Below are positions 12,103-28,200 of a DNA stretch of 64,000 nucleotides, in pieces. Both the position numbers and the translations under genes were made by a program. Each line of letters starts with the position of its first letter. Position 1 is the stretch's first letter. The stretch is taken from NCBI RefSeq assembly GCF_036971445.1, contig NC_091475.1, forward strand, positions 49,352,001-49,416,000, in the 5' to 3' direction. The notes under the pieces are model-generated. The model was not told the origin of the DNA. It saw only the letters and a list, made by a program, of their open reading frames with translations, and ran no database searches. Origin of the DNA: Narcine bancroftii (Eukaryota).

Positions 12103-13457
12103 AATAATTATAAATACCATCAATATAAAGGGATTGTCTTCATTTAACACTCTTTAAAAATATCACTTAAAGATCAAAAACCACACTAGTCAATTAATTC
12201 TTCTGAGTTATTTTATGGGGATAGGAAGGAAAAATGGAGTAAGATTTTGGAAGGTTGGTAGATTGCATGATGGTGAGATGAGGAAGTCAAAGCTGTCATC
12301 AGTAACAAGCTTTCTTGACCGAACTACGTGGAACATTTGTGCTTCTTACTAGCAGGCAATGGTCCTAAAAGGAATAGCCATTTGCAGCAGCGTGCTGTTG
12401 TTTCTGATTTGGACTTCAGAAGATTTGGAAAATCTGGTTGCCAACTTCTAAAGTTAAATCCAGTTCACAAATACATTACGGGAACTTGAGTTGAATATTA
12501 TAATGAAAAGTAGGCAGACATGGCATGTAATAGACCATCTTAAACAAGGACAATTTCATGTAAGTTTCCATCTTTGGTAGAAAGGTATGTTGGTTGATGG
12601 CAATCTCATACCATAAAAAGTTTCAATGTTTAAAATTATATGAATTTTCCCCTTCCAAATTCATACAAAGAGGATTAATCTTCAAATTCTGTGACTATTT
12701 TTGGAAATCATTCATTAGCAAGAAAAATGTAATATTATTACATAAACTGGAAATGGAAATAATGTTTTTGAATCCTGTGCTATTATAACTTTTCTTCCAA
12801 TTATTACAAATATTGTCCTTAATGGAAGTTAATTATAGATTGCTTTGTAAAAATATACCACAAATTGTCACAAATCTGTCATTAAAATTGCTCATCAGGG
12901 AGAGGTTATGTTCAGCATTTTTACATTTTTCTGCATAATTTCATCACTGTTTCAATGAGTAACTTAAATATTTATAACCTTTACTGCATATGTTTAATGA
13001 AAAGAGACTTAAGATTACCAGCAAAAATTGTAAAATTCATACATCTAACAAAAAACATAAAACTGGCTGGAGTCGTCAATATTCACTGTAATGACCAGTA
13101 ATTTAATTTAATGAATCAACAATTAATTCAACAATTTTTGAAAATCATTTCAAATTCTAACTTGTGTATCTCATTACACATTGGATTGATCCTTGACTAT
13201 GAAAGTGCAATGTATGTACTTTCACCATTCAGATTTTTTGGTCCATGCCCTTCATTTTGCAAATTATTGTTTACTATAATGAAGAACATGTAATACACAG
13301 TACTAAAATTCCCTGAATACATTTTTCCTATCCTTTTCAATTTACACATTTTCTTCACAAAGTATTTTCAAGAATTGCATCTTTTTGTAAATTTACAAAT
13401 ATAAAATAACATGGCCCTTCCTCCCATTCAGATAAACAATAAGTACCCACAAATGAA

Positions 13458-17766
<4,309 letters not shown>

Positions 17767-18623
17767 TTTCGAGGAATGTCTTCACCAGTTGTAAATACTG
17801 CATAGGAATACATAAAATTTCAACATGTTGCATGTCAAAAAATGATGCAGCAGTTTTTTGTAAAATATTTATCGGAGTAAATTCCTATGGAAATAATCTT
17901 TGAGATGACTTATTCCAAATGCAAATGCACATAAGAAAGTTGTAGCAGAATTACAACAAATTAGGTACTGTTATCTGGGATTCAAGCAATCAGCAAAAAA
18001 AAGGGAAATTAAATAGAAATTAAAATAAATAAGAATGAATAAATATTTAAATAAAAGTTTAAAATTTTAAATGTTCTCTGAAGTAACATGAACCTTTGGT
18101 AAAGGATCATTTATTGTCACGCAATACTACATTTAGAATGTAAATTACATGAAATTGATGAAGATGGGAACAAATGTTTAGTCAGTGACTTGGTCCTGCT
18201 TTGCTGGTAGCAGCCATTTGAAGAAAGATGTGTGAAATGACAATGGCATTGCCCAGGTTGAAACCATTTGCCATTGGGGTGACTCTCTTAAAGTGCCTGC
18301 TTCTCCCTGCTTAGTCAGTCTTTATTAGTATATTATTAAGTATATTAAGTAAGGCCTTATCTGTAAACTTGAGGAAGGGTGGGTTAATTGTCAACAATGT
18401 TATTGTTTGTGTTTTGGGCGGATCTCTGGTGGGGGAGGAACCTGCAGAGGCAGTGACAGTTAAATGTTTTCAAGAAATGTGACTGAAAATAAAGTAAAAT
18501 TCTTTAAGGTTTATATAATCATACAAGTGAAGTTTGTTCGGTGTAAGTACAGTATAGTGGTTTTGTCTTCGAAACTGTTTATTCTTAATGCAAGTGCATT
18601 AGTTAGGCATTGTATGAGTGGGT

Positions 18624-19360
18624 GATGCCGGTAGAGGACCCATGATTCGGAGCCGAACAGGAGTGTGGGTATGACAACGGCTCTGTATACGCTTATCTTT
18701 GTGAGGTTTTTCAGTTGGTTGTTTTTCCAGACTCTTTTGTGTAGTCTTCCAAAGGCGCTATTTGCCTTGGCGAGTCTGTTGTCTATCTCATTGTCGGCAC
18801 CAGCGTTGTCTCCGCTCCATCCTCAACATCCATTGGAGCGCTTTCATCCCTAACGTCGAAGTACTCGAGATGGCAGAGGTCGACAGCATCGAGTCCACGC
18901 TGCTAAAGATCCAGCTGCGCTGGGTGGGTCACGTCTCCAGAATGGAGGACCATCGCCTTCCCAAGATCGTGTTATGTGGCGAGCTCTCCACTGGCCACCG
19001 TGACAGAGGTGCACCAAAGAAGAGGTACAAGGACTGCCTAAAGAAATCTCTTGGTGCCTGCCACATTGACCACCGCCAGTGGGCTGATATCGCCTCAAAC
19101 CGTGCATCTTGGCGCCTCACAGTTTGGGCGGGCAGCAACCTCCTTTGAAGAAGACCGCAGAGCCCACCTCACTGACAAAAGGCAAAGGAGGAAAAACCCA
19201 ACACCCAACCCCAACCAACCAATTTTCCCCTGCAGCCGCTGCAACCGTGTCTGCCTGTCCCGCATCGGACTTGTCAGCCACAAACGAGCCTGCAGCTGAC
19301 GTGGACTTTTACCCCCTCCATAAATCTTCGTCCGCGAAGCCAAGCCAAAGAAGAAGAAGA
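18624..19360 (+). mobile_element. RTE LINE with inverted 5' segment and 12-bp TSD
   Basis: 18624-18796 is antisense, 18798-19360 is sense ending in (GAA)n; flanked by GTATGAGTGGGT at 18612-18623 and 19361-19372. Confidence 0.9.
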
Positions 19361-20539
19361 GTATGAGTGGGTCTCAAACATCTAGAAAACTCACTTGTCC
19401 AGCATCTATCAATCGCAGTATGTGCCAGATACCAGGGGTTTTTAACTGTATAATTAAAAATTTTGTGTGATTTACTTGGCACACATTCCGACCAATTACG
19501 TAATCTAGCAGTAAAACTTTAGAGCTCCTGATCTTTAAACTGTATTAAAATTACTACAGTTTATTTGGTTCAAATGAAGTGTCATTACTATCCAATATCT
19601 AGCTTCCACAGTCCTAATGCTTCTCCTGCTGAATTACTTACTACATCTTTGGATTAGATCATTGACATTGGAAGTTACAAAGCTCAAGAGATGTAGTATC
19701 CATATTCATATCCAAGGTCTAGAGCAGGCAAAGGGTTTGGGAAGAATACAGGCAAATATAACTAACTTGATCAAGATGAGCAGAAAGGCCTGTTTCTATG
19801 CCTAAGAATTTCATAACAGTTATAGAGAAAATTCAGGCATTATTTTTAAAGTGGTGTAACTTAATAAGTTGGGAGATGACAGTACGCAATCTTTTTCTAA
19901 GCATCTGGACCACTTAGATGAGTTTCACTGAAGCTCAGATCTGGAGATAGTACAATGCACCAAGATTTGAAAAGGTTACATTTTGGAACAGTATTCCCCC
20001 GCAATTACAAGTTTGGGGTCTACTTCGATTCAGGTTTTAAAAGAATTTCACAAGTTAGATGCAAACAAACTATTTTTGTGGATGAAAAATGTATTGACGG
20101 GTATTTTGAGAGATAGTCTTTGTGTTTTAAAGGTGGAATATAGGGAAAAAAAAATTAAAGGATAAAGCTCTTAATTTGTTTCATTTCCTACAGTTTTTTT
20201 GAGATAAATTTTATATTCAAAAATGTTAAACATTTTAACAACTTCATCTTAACTGGTAAAGAAATTTGCAAGGTAAAGAAATACACAAAAATCGCTAAGA
20301 GTGGCCAAACAAACCAGTTCCACCATTCAATGAGATCCATTCATGGACTCACAGAAACAGACCCTTTGGCCGCCAGCAACCAAGCACCAAGCTGCATTCA
20401 CCTTGTTTTTATTTTGAAAGATCAAACAATACGCAGGGGCTGTGATTATTTAAGTGGACGAACGTTGCGTTAATGGTTCAAATAAATTCAAAACTTTAAA
20501 AATGTTAAATAAGGGAAATGTCAGTAGTCGGTTGGCCTC

Positions 20540-20930
20540 ACGAGTCACATCAAGTCTTGATAATTTCTACAGAACACATATTTCGTGCGGAGCATGAAGA
20601 GTACCTGCCCACCGCCACCTTCGTCCGGACACTAGCCTGTCCACCGCCGCTCGCACTCCCTGGTCATCCGTCTGGCTGCCTTCTCTCGGCCGCCGTCGCG
20701 GCCAGTTGGCCGCGCATGCGCGCTGATAAAGTAATGCCTGCTGCTTTTTGATGGAGCCGAGCCTGTGCGGCGCTGAAGTCAGATAACAACCCCTAAAGGA
20801 CAAGGTGAGGAGGTCTTCGGATTTTGGGATGCTGGCGGAGTCTGGGCATTGCCAGATACTCGGAGCCCCGACTTACCCTTGAGTTGGCGGACTCCGCGTG
20901 TTTAAATGCCGTGGCTCCTGGTCCAATCAG
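20540..20930. promoter_or_regulatory. Bidirectional CpG-rich promoter of RWDD2B (-) and USP16 (+), with probable non-coding first exons
   Basis: Local CpG enrichment; perfect palindrome CGCGCATGCGCG (NRF1) at 20711-20722; plus-strand donor AAG|GTGAGG at 20804/20805; minus-strand candidate donors at 20604 (CAG|GTACT) and 20541 (GTGAGG). Confidence 0.75.
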
Positions 20931-21064
20931 GTCTGCCAATTTTATTTTATTCCAGTCGTACCTCTGGATACCAGATGTGTAGGATTAATAATAAAAATAT
21001 GAAATAAAATGATAGCAAAACAGGGGACTCGTCAACCTTGTTGGGAAAATGCTAACAATGTATG

Positions 21065-21680
21065 AAACTACAGACACTGTGGTTGGAGTAAAAACACACC
21101 GAAATCCAGGAGAAACTCAGCCGGTCTTTTCAGCGTCCATAGGAAGCAAAAATATATGGCCGCTGTTTTGGGCTTCAGCCCATTTTCAAGGAATAAGCAG
21201 AATGAGCAAATAAAAGAACAGGAAATCCCAGAATACTGTACAGACAATGCTGGCTGGAGGAGAAATCCAGATCAACAAAAGGGATTAATTGGATATGATA
21301 AAGGGAAAGGTGGGAATTGATTATGTCTGTGTGAAAGGAGAGAGGAAAAAAGTTGAGAGAGCGGGGGGGGGGGGGGGGGGTGAGGGTGAGTGAGGTAGGT
21401 GTTTAAAGAAAGCCAGAGAAGTCCATATCAATGCCCAATTGGAAGATGAAGTGTTGTTCCTCCAATTGTGGGTGGCCTCAGTCTTGCAGTGCCTGAGACT
21501 GGACAGACATGTCAGCAAGGGAATGGGATGGGAATTGAAATGGTTGGCCACTGGGAGTTTTCTGTTATTACAGTGTGAAGGTGCTCGATGAAACTATCTT
21601 TCAGTATGTATCCAGATTCTTCGACGTAGAGGAGGCCACAGCGGGAGCACATTTGCTATAGATGTCTCCTGTAGTTCTTT
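21065..21680 (-). mobile_element. Penelope-like element 3' fragment
   Basis: Reverse strand CSRCGLLYV.E GIY-YIG remnant, VANHFNS motif, and terminal repeat as in 34650-35890. Confidence 0.7.
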
Positions 21681-21702
21681 CAAACTCTTGAGATCAGAAA
21701 CT

Positions 21703-22500
21703 ATTTATTGTCATGCAATAAATTACAAATGTTATATTGCACAAATTGCCTTAAATCTGCCATAAGGCAGGCAAAGATTCACCATTGGCATTGTCTGGTT
21801 CCCCCTTCAGAGAAAGAGAAGCAAAAGAGGGTACCCCCACCCAGATTGACCGAGTGTCCTTGGATTCACCTCCAGTGTTCTCACAGCTTCTGTAGCCGCA
21901 CAGGACTCCAGTTCAGTTCAAACCATCGGCAACTTGAGCACAAAACCAAATATTTAACACAGTGAGAAGCCTTCAGTCCTCAGGGCCCTTTAGGAGCCTT
22001 CCTTTCCCCCAGCATCCTCTCAAATCCCAGTTCTGATACCTGGCTCTCAAGACCCAGTCTCCAGCAGTCTGCAGCCCAGTTTGAGCCCCTCAACCTCATT
22101 GGCAGCAGCCCACCACCTGTATTTCAGCCACAGAGCCCCTTGCTGTCCTGCCACTGTGGTCACCATCCTTGGGGTCATCTCCTCTCTTTCTCCTCCTTAA
22201 CAAGGGTGTTCTCCCCATTACTGGTGTCCTTTGCCATTCCACTGCTCCCCTGTAGTCTTCAACCTCTCAAGACCACTGCCAAGCACAGGCTCCGCCATCT
22301 TGAGCCCAAACCCGTGGTCACAGGATTTTAAATAAAATACTGTCTGCTCTTTTAACAGGCTGTTTAAAGCCTGTAGGGAGCTGTCTACAGTAGGGCTGGG
22401 CGGGATGACCCTGCAGGGGGGGACTGTCCTCACTCATCGCTCTCCCAGAGTCCGCACCAGTGGCAATGTTGCCAATATAGCAGCTCCGGCAGTGCCTTCA
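21703..22500 (-). repeat. ~800-bp non-coding interspersed repeat, copy 2 of 3
   Basis: See 1040-1875. Confidence 0.7.
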
Positions 22501-23024
22501 TTATTTTTAGTCTTCTAGTCTATATCCAGTTTATCCCACGTCACAATGACAGCACTGGATGCAGTGAATGACCCCTGAAACTAATAAACTCTTGGTTGGT
22601 CCACATTTGGAGTGTGCGTTCAGTTCTTGTGGCCTTCTTACAGGAAGGATATATAAGCTTTAGAGGGGGTGACAGAAAATTTACCAGGATATTGCCTAAT
22701 TGAAGAACATAGTCTGATGAAGCAAGGTTGACATGACAGAGGATGAAGGGTGATTTAGCACAGGTATATATATGAACATGATGAACATAGATAGGGTGGA
22801 CAGTCAGCACCTTTTTCCTGGAGCGACAATAAAAATAGGAGGGGACAGCCATTTAAGTTGAGGAGGAAAGTATAGGGGAATGTCAGAGGTAGTTTTTTTG
22901 TTTACAGTATTGCTAGGGTAATGGTGAAGTCTAGTGCAATAGGGATATTTAAAAGACTCTTAGATAGGCAGTGATTAGATTTTGAAATTACTTCAACCGT
23001 TGGGGTCATTTTGAGATGCAAGTA

Positions 23025-23671
23025 CAGTCATGCATCGCTTAAAGTCCACAATACGTTCTGTGAAATTAAACGTTATGAGATTTGGATATTATGCGAACAC
23101 CATATTATATACTTAGCAAAAATGTATAGGGTACTGTAGTTTACCTGTAACCTTTTTATTTGTAAGTAGGGATCGGTGTGAGGACCAACACGGGGCTGTG
23201 GGCAGAGACCAGGGCAGAGGGATCAATGTGTGGACTGATGCAGGGCTGTGGAGAGAGAATGGGCAGTTGGATCAGTGTGGGGACAGTCATGGGGCTGTGG
23301 ACAGAGAGCAGGGCAGTGGGATCAGTGTGGAGACCAACTTGGGGTTGTGGGGGGAGAGAGCAGGGCAATGAAATCAGTGTGGTGACTGACATGGGGCTGT
23401 GGGGTGAGGCGGAGAAGTTGGATCAGTGTGAGGACCGACATGGGGCTGTGGGCAGAGACCAGAGCAGTGGGATTAGTTGGGACTGATACAAGGCTGTGGG
23501 GAGAGAGTGGGGCAAGTGGATCAGTTTGGGTATACAGTATACAATTTCCTATAGCTAGTGATCGCTTTTTAATTTGCTGCGGACTTGCTTGTTGTAACTG
23601 AATAATTATGGAACCATAGACGTATATGTGGTCGGATGTTCCCCAAATGGACATTATGCGGCACATGGCTG
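23025..23671. mobile_element. Tigger/pogo-like MITE with internal ~50-bp minisatellite
   Basis: TA|CAGTCATGCATCGCTTAAAGTCC ... GGACATTATGCGGCACATGGCTG|TA terminal inverted repeats with TA TSD; about 7 units of gggatcagtgtgaggaccgacatggggctgtgggcagagaccagggcagt at 23169-23530. Confidence 0.8.
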
Positions 23672-25177
23672 TATTTCTTCCTTTTCTCTCTTTGTCCACC
23701 AATTGGTCCAGCTGCTGTTGTGTGAAGAAGACAGCTTTCTTTGACTTTCTTACCCTTTTACTTATGCAATTCATTCCTTTGCTTCCAGAGGTCGGAGGAC
23801 TGCAATCTCAATCACAATTAGTGAACACATTTCTTAGTAAGGCTAACATCTTAATGGACCCTTGAAACCCTGATCACATCCTCTTCTAAATACTATAATT
23901 GAGAGAAGACCATCCTGAAGATCAGCAACACTAGGTTCAAGAACAGTTTCTTTTCAACAACTCTCAGGCTCTTGAGCCGCCCCTTCACAGACTTCTCCAA
24001 CCCCACTAAAGGTCCATCTTCACTATTGCAGAGTCACTTTATTTTCTTTGCTCAAGATAACTGTGAATACTTTCTTTTTTTAACCATTTTCTCTTTTTCA
24101 TTCAAATTATGCATATTATTGTTTTTTTTAAACAAAGTAACTGTCTAGTTGCACCAAGTAAGAATTTTGGTATGATGTACAATGTATGACAATTTATGAC
24201 AATAAACTCATCATTGTTATTTTAATTGGTTACTCCACATGTTCTGCCACTTTCAAAAGATATACATCCAACCCCCACCCCATCCCCACACATATTTTGG
24301 AATTATGCTCTTTAATCCTTTTTGTTTCAGAATTCTTCAATGAACAATAAAATTTCATCTGTGATTTGCCTGCCTTTTGATGGCTTACCTCCTGTTGTCT
24401 TCAACTCTTTTAACATTCCTAAAAATTAAATGGACTTGGCAATACCCCCTGTAAAAAACCACTGTCTAATATCTTCCAATATGGTAAATGACTCATTATC
24501 TTGTTCACGTAGATTGAGAGCACCTAAAGTGGTGGAATCTAATGCTCTCTGTCCTAACTTTATCAATTAAATTCATTATCGTTATTGATTGAAATTTTCT
24601 GCTCTTAAACTGACCCCCCCCCCCCCTCATTTCTGGAATCAACCTCTTTATCCTCCACGATATTTTCACTCAACACCAGTGCTCTCCCACACACCTGCAC
24701 TAATCTGGTGTACGTGTAGTTATGCTGGGTTTCCAGAACCTGGTGTTTTGGCAAGGCTTTGATAGTATTTTGATGCAGATGTGTCCTAATGAAGCTGGAA
24801 GACCTTGTAAGAGTTTTATTATCTCCGATAAAACTATTAAAACATTTTTAGTTTTGAAAAATAAATAATTGAATCCATTAAAGAATGTATTTAAAAAAAA
24901 CTTGCCTTTCCCTGATCTCCCTTTCATCTGATGACTCCAATTTCTACACTAGATGGAGACAAATGACAAATGTGACACAGTTGGAATTTCTTTTCTCCTG
25001 AACTTGCAGCAGGACGATTAAGTCTGGGAATAGATGGCTGTCATCAGTTTTATTTTGAATCACTAGCCACAGACAGATTCATTCTGCCCCTTAACTAAAG
25101 TTGCACAATTTTGCAAATGCTTCTTTTTTTTTGTCTTTTTTTTTTAAGGTAGATGAAAAATACAGAACAGCATTGAA

Positions 25178-25235
25178 ATGGGAAAGAAGGAAAGACATCA
25201 TTCTACTCCGGATGGTGAGGCATCTGATAATCATG
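25178..25235 (+). CDS. USP16: USP16 coding exon 1 ([19 protein letters not shown])
   Basis: Strong pyrimidine tract and AG at 25147-25148, gaaATGG context, MGKK start, G|GTAATT donor (phase 1). Confidence 0.85.
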
Positions 25236-28200
25236 GTAATTAAAGGCTTTGTTAGTTACAGACTGTACAGCGGTATCCAAGTGAACTGGTGGGTTCTAAC
25301 AAAAGTATATTCCTTCACTGCATTTTAGATTTAAATGTAGCACAATGAAAAATAATTTTGTGTTAGGGAGGTGTGGCTCAATCAATTTTGGGTCAAATAA
25401 ATCAAATGACAAATGAAATTTGATTATCAAAAAAGTTGTTATTAATAGAGAAATAAAACTGCTACATTCTAAAGCATTTTGTTGCAATCAACAGGAATCT
25501 TTAGACAAGACCACAGAAGTAGAATGTGATTAAGTCCCATCATGCTTAATTCCTTCTACATTTTGTAACAGTGCATGGTTATATATCTGTTAATACATTT
25601 CTACATGCCTACCTTTGTGGTGTCTGGGTCATTTCTAACACCTAACCTCCTCAGCATGAACAACACTATGTCACCTTGCATTAGAATAAATATAGTTAGT
25701 ATTGCATTCTTTCCATGTGCCTTATCACACCTCCCTCTGCCTATTCAGTTGACATGGTTTCCTTCAACATTTGACTGTAGTTTATCCCTCAGCTCCTAAC
25801 TGTTCCTCTGTCCTTTATTCTACTCTTCTGCTAGCATCCAACCTGCAAAGGTCCTGTTTTCCCCAGGAGTGGTCCCAGTGATCCAGATATCTAAAGGCCT
25901 CCTATGCCATTTTTTTAGCAACATTCATTTGATGTGCTCAAAGTCCTATATTTCCACATTGTGTGGAAGTAATCCAGGGATTACAATTTGTGAGGTACTG
26001 TTATTTAGTCTGCTAACTAGCTCCTTAAATTAACATTCTGGGATCTCCTTTTATGTACAACATTAACATCAATGTGGACCACAATGTAGAAAAAAGAATC
26101 TCAAAATTATATGTACTCTGACAATAAATCTGAAATCTGAATTTCTGGGTATTTATCTCTACATTTATAATGCCCTACAACTGACTCTGCCTCCAGGGAG
26201 GATACACATTAATCTGGTTGGCATTGTTGACGACACAAGTGCCTGTCTATTCCTCCCTTTTGAGTTTCTTTCAGTTTTCTCCCTTCATTTCTTGTACCTT
26301 CTCCCTTGTGCAACTGAACCACCCACTGTGCTCTGATCTTAGATCTAACTGGACTTGCCACAGATAATTCCAACATGGAGAAATAGTTTTATAATAGGAT
26401 GCACTCCAAGGCTTTTTAACTATCTGCCTGCATCCCCTCTTTTGCCTGGTAGTCAGCCTTTGAACTGTGTGGTGCCTACCACTTTATATATATGAAAAAA
26501 CATGCTATCCAAGCAATTGTCGGTGTCATGGATGCTCTACAGAGTCTCCAGCTGGTGCACAAACTTCAATAACTAATACGTAAGTTGATTGAACTGTAGG
26601 TACCATGTGCGCATGTGGTCACCCAAAACAAACAAGGAGCACCTCAGAATTTTCACATGCTCCAATACTTTTCAATTCAAAAGGGCTGCATAATATGTAA
26701 TCCAATATCAATTCCACTCCTGTATGTTACCTATTTTTTTAATATTTTAAAGTTTTCATCCATATAATTGTACAGAGTCAATACTTAATGAAGTTTGACA
26801 GTTACAATGGGTACATGGTATTAGCCCTTCACCCTTATCTGCCTTCCCCTCACTCTTATCCCCCAAAGATAATTATGACAATAGATACAATAGTTATATA
26901 AAATAATTGTATATAAAGAGTAAGAAAAGCATTAAGAAAAAGTAGTATCAATCTGGATTGCACAAAGGGTTGGTTCACACACTGGAATCTTATAATATTT
27001 ATATTAAATGACTATTTTTGACTTTTTTTAAAAAAAAGTAAAATTACTAATTGAGAATCTCATCCATTTCTGAATGTTTTACCAGAATGTAACACATAGA
27101 CACATCAGTAATTTTTGCATCAGGTGTAGGTATTTTAGGTTTAACTTATTATGAAGTAATGCTTTGATTATTATTAAAAGAAAATGCACCTGTATATTTT
27201 AGGTTGTGTGACAGAATTGAATGTAATTACACTAGTTTATTTTAAAGCTTGCACAACTTTAGAACAGAAATAAATAACTAATGAAACCAATAACATTTGT
27301 GCAGCAAAATTTGTGTGTCTTGAAGAAAATATTGTTGAATTTGCCATTTATTTCAGCAACTGAGTGTGTGCACTTTCGTAAGGATTTGAACCAAGGCAAA
27401 GTTAAGAAGCTTTTTGGCCAGCATTGGTCTGATGCTTGTGATGACTGCAAAGCTGATGCCAAAACAGAGAGACAATGCGAGGAAACTGATGAAACTTCCA
27501 ACATCTGGCTCTGCCTAAAATGTGGGCATAAGGTGAACAGTTGTCTTAATTAAATCTCTCTCTTTGACCACAGTTTTCTGAGTTTTGTGTAAACATATAT
27601 GAGTGATTAGTTACGCTTGTTAGATTTTAAATAATTTGCAGTGTTTGTGGAAGCCATTATTAATGGACATTTTTAAGAAAATAAAATTGTCAACTCTTCC
27701 TCCTGCAAGTGTGTGTATGTATATATAGAGCCCTCCATGTTTGGGACAAAGCCACTTTTTTTTTCTTTATTTGCCCCTGTGCTCTATAGTTTTAAATTTG
27801 TAATCAAACAATTCACATGTAATTGAAGTGCACATTCCAGATTTTATTCAAGATTATTTGTAAACATTTTGCTTTGACTATGTAGAAATTACAGCAGTTT
27901 TTATACATAGTCCCATTTCAGGGCAGCATAATGTTTGGAACATTTGGCTTCACAGCTGTTTTTGAGTACTCACGTATGTTTAATTGCTTCATTAGTGCAG
28001 GTATAAGTTCTGATCAACTTTGGAGTCTGTACTTGCCATTTTTCAACATGAAAACTGGAGTTGTGCCAATGAAAGTCAAAGATGCTATTATGAGGCTGAA
28101 AAACAAAAATAAGACAGCAAGAAATATTGCCCAAACCTTAAGATGACCAAAGTCACCAGTTTGGAACATCATTAAGAAGAAAGAACATACTGGTGCACTC

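Noticed and set aside
23169-23530. Regularly spaced repeats that might suggest a CRISPR-like array
   Set aside because: Contiguous degenerate tandem units without unique spacers, inside a MITE in a vertebrate intron.
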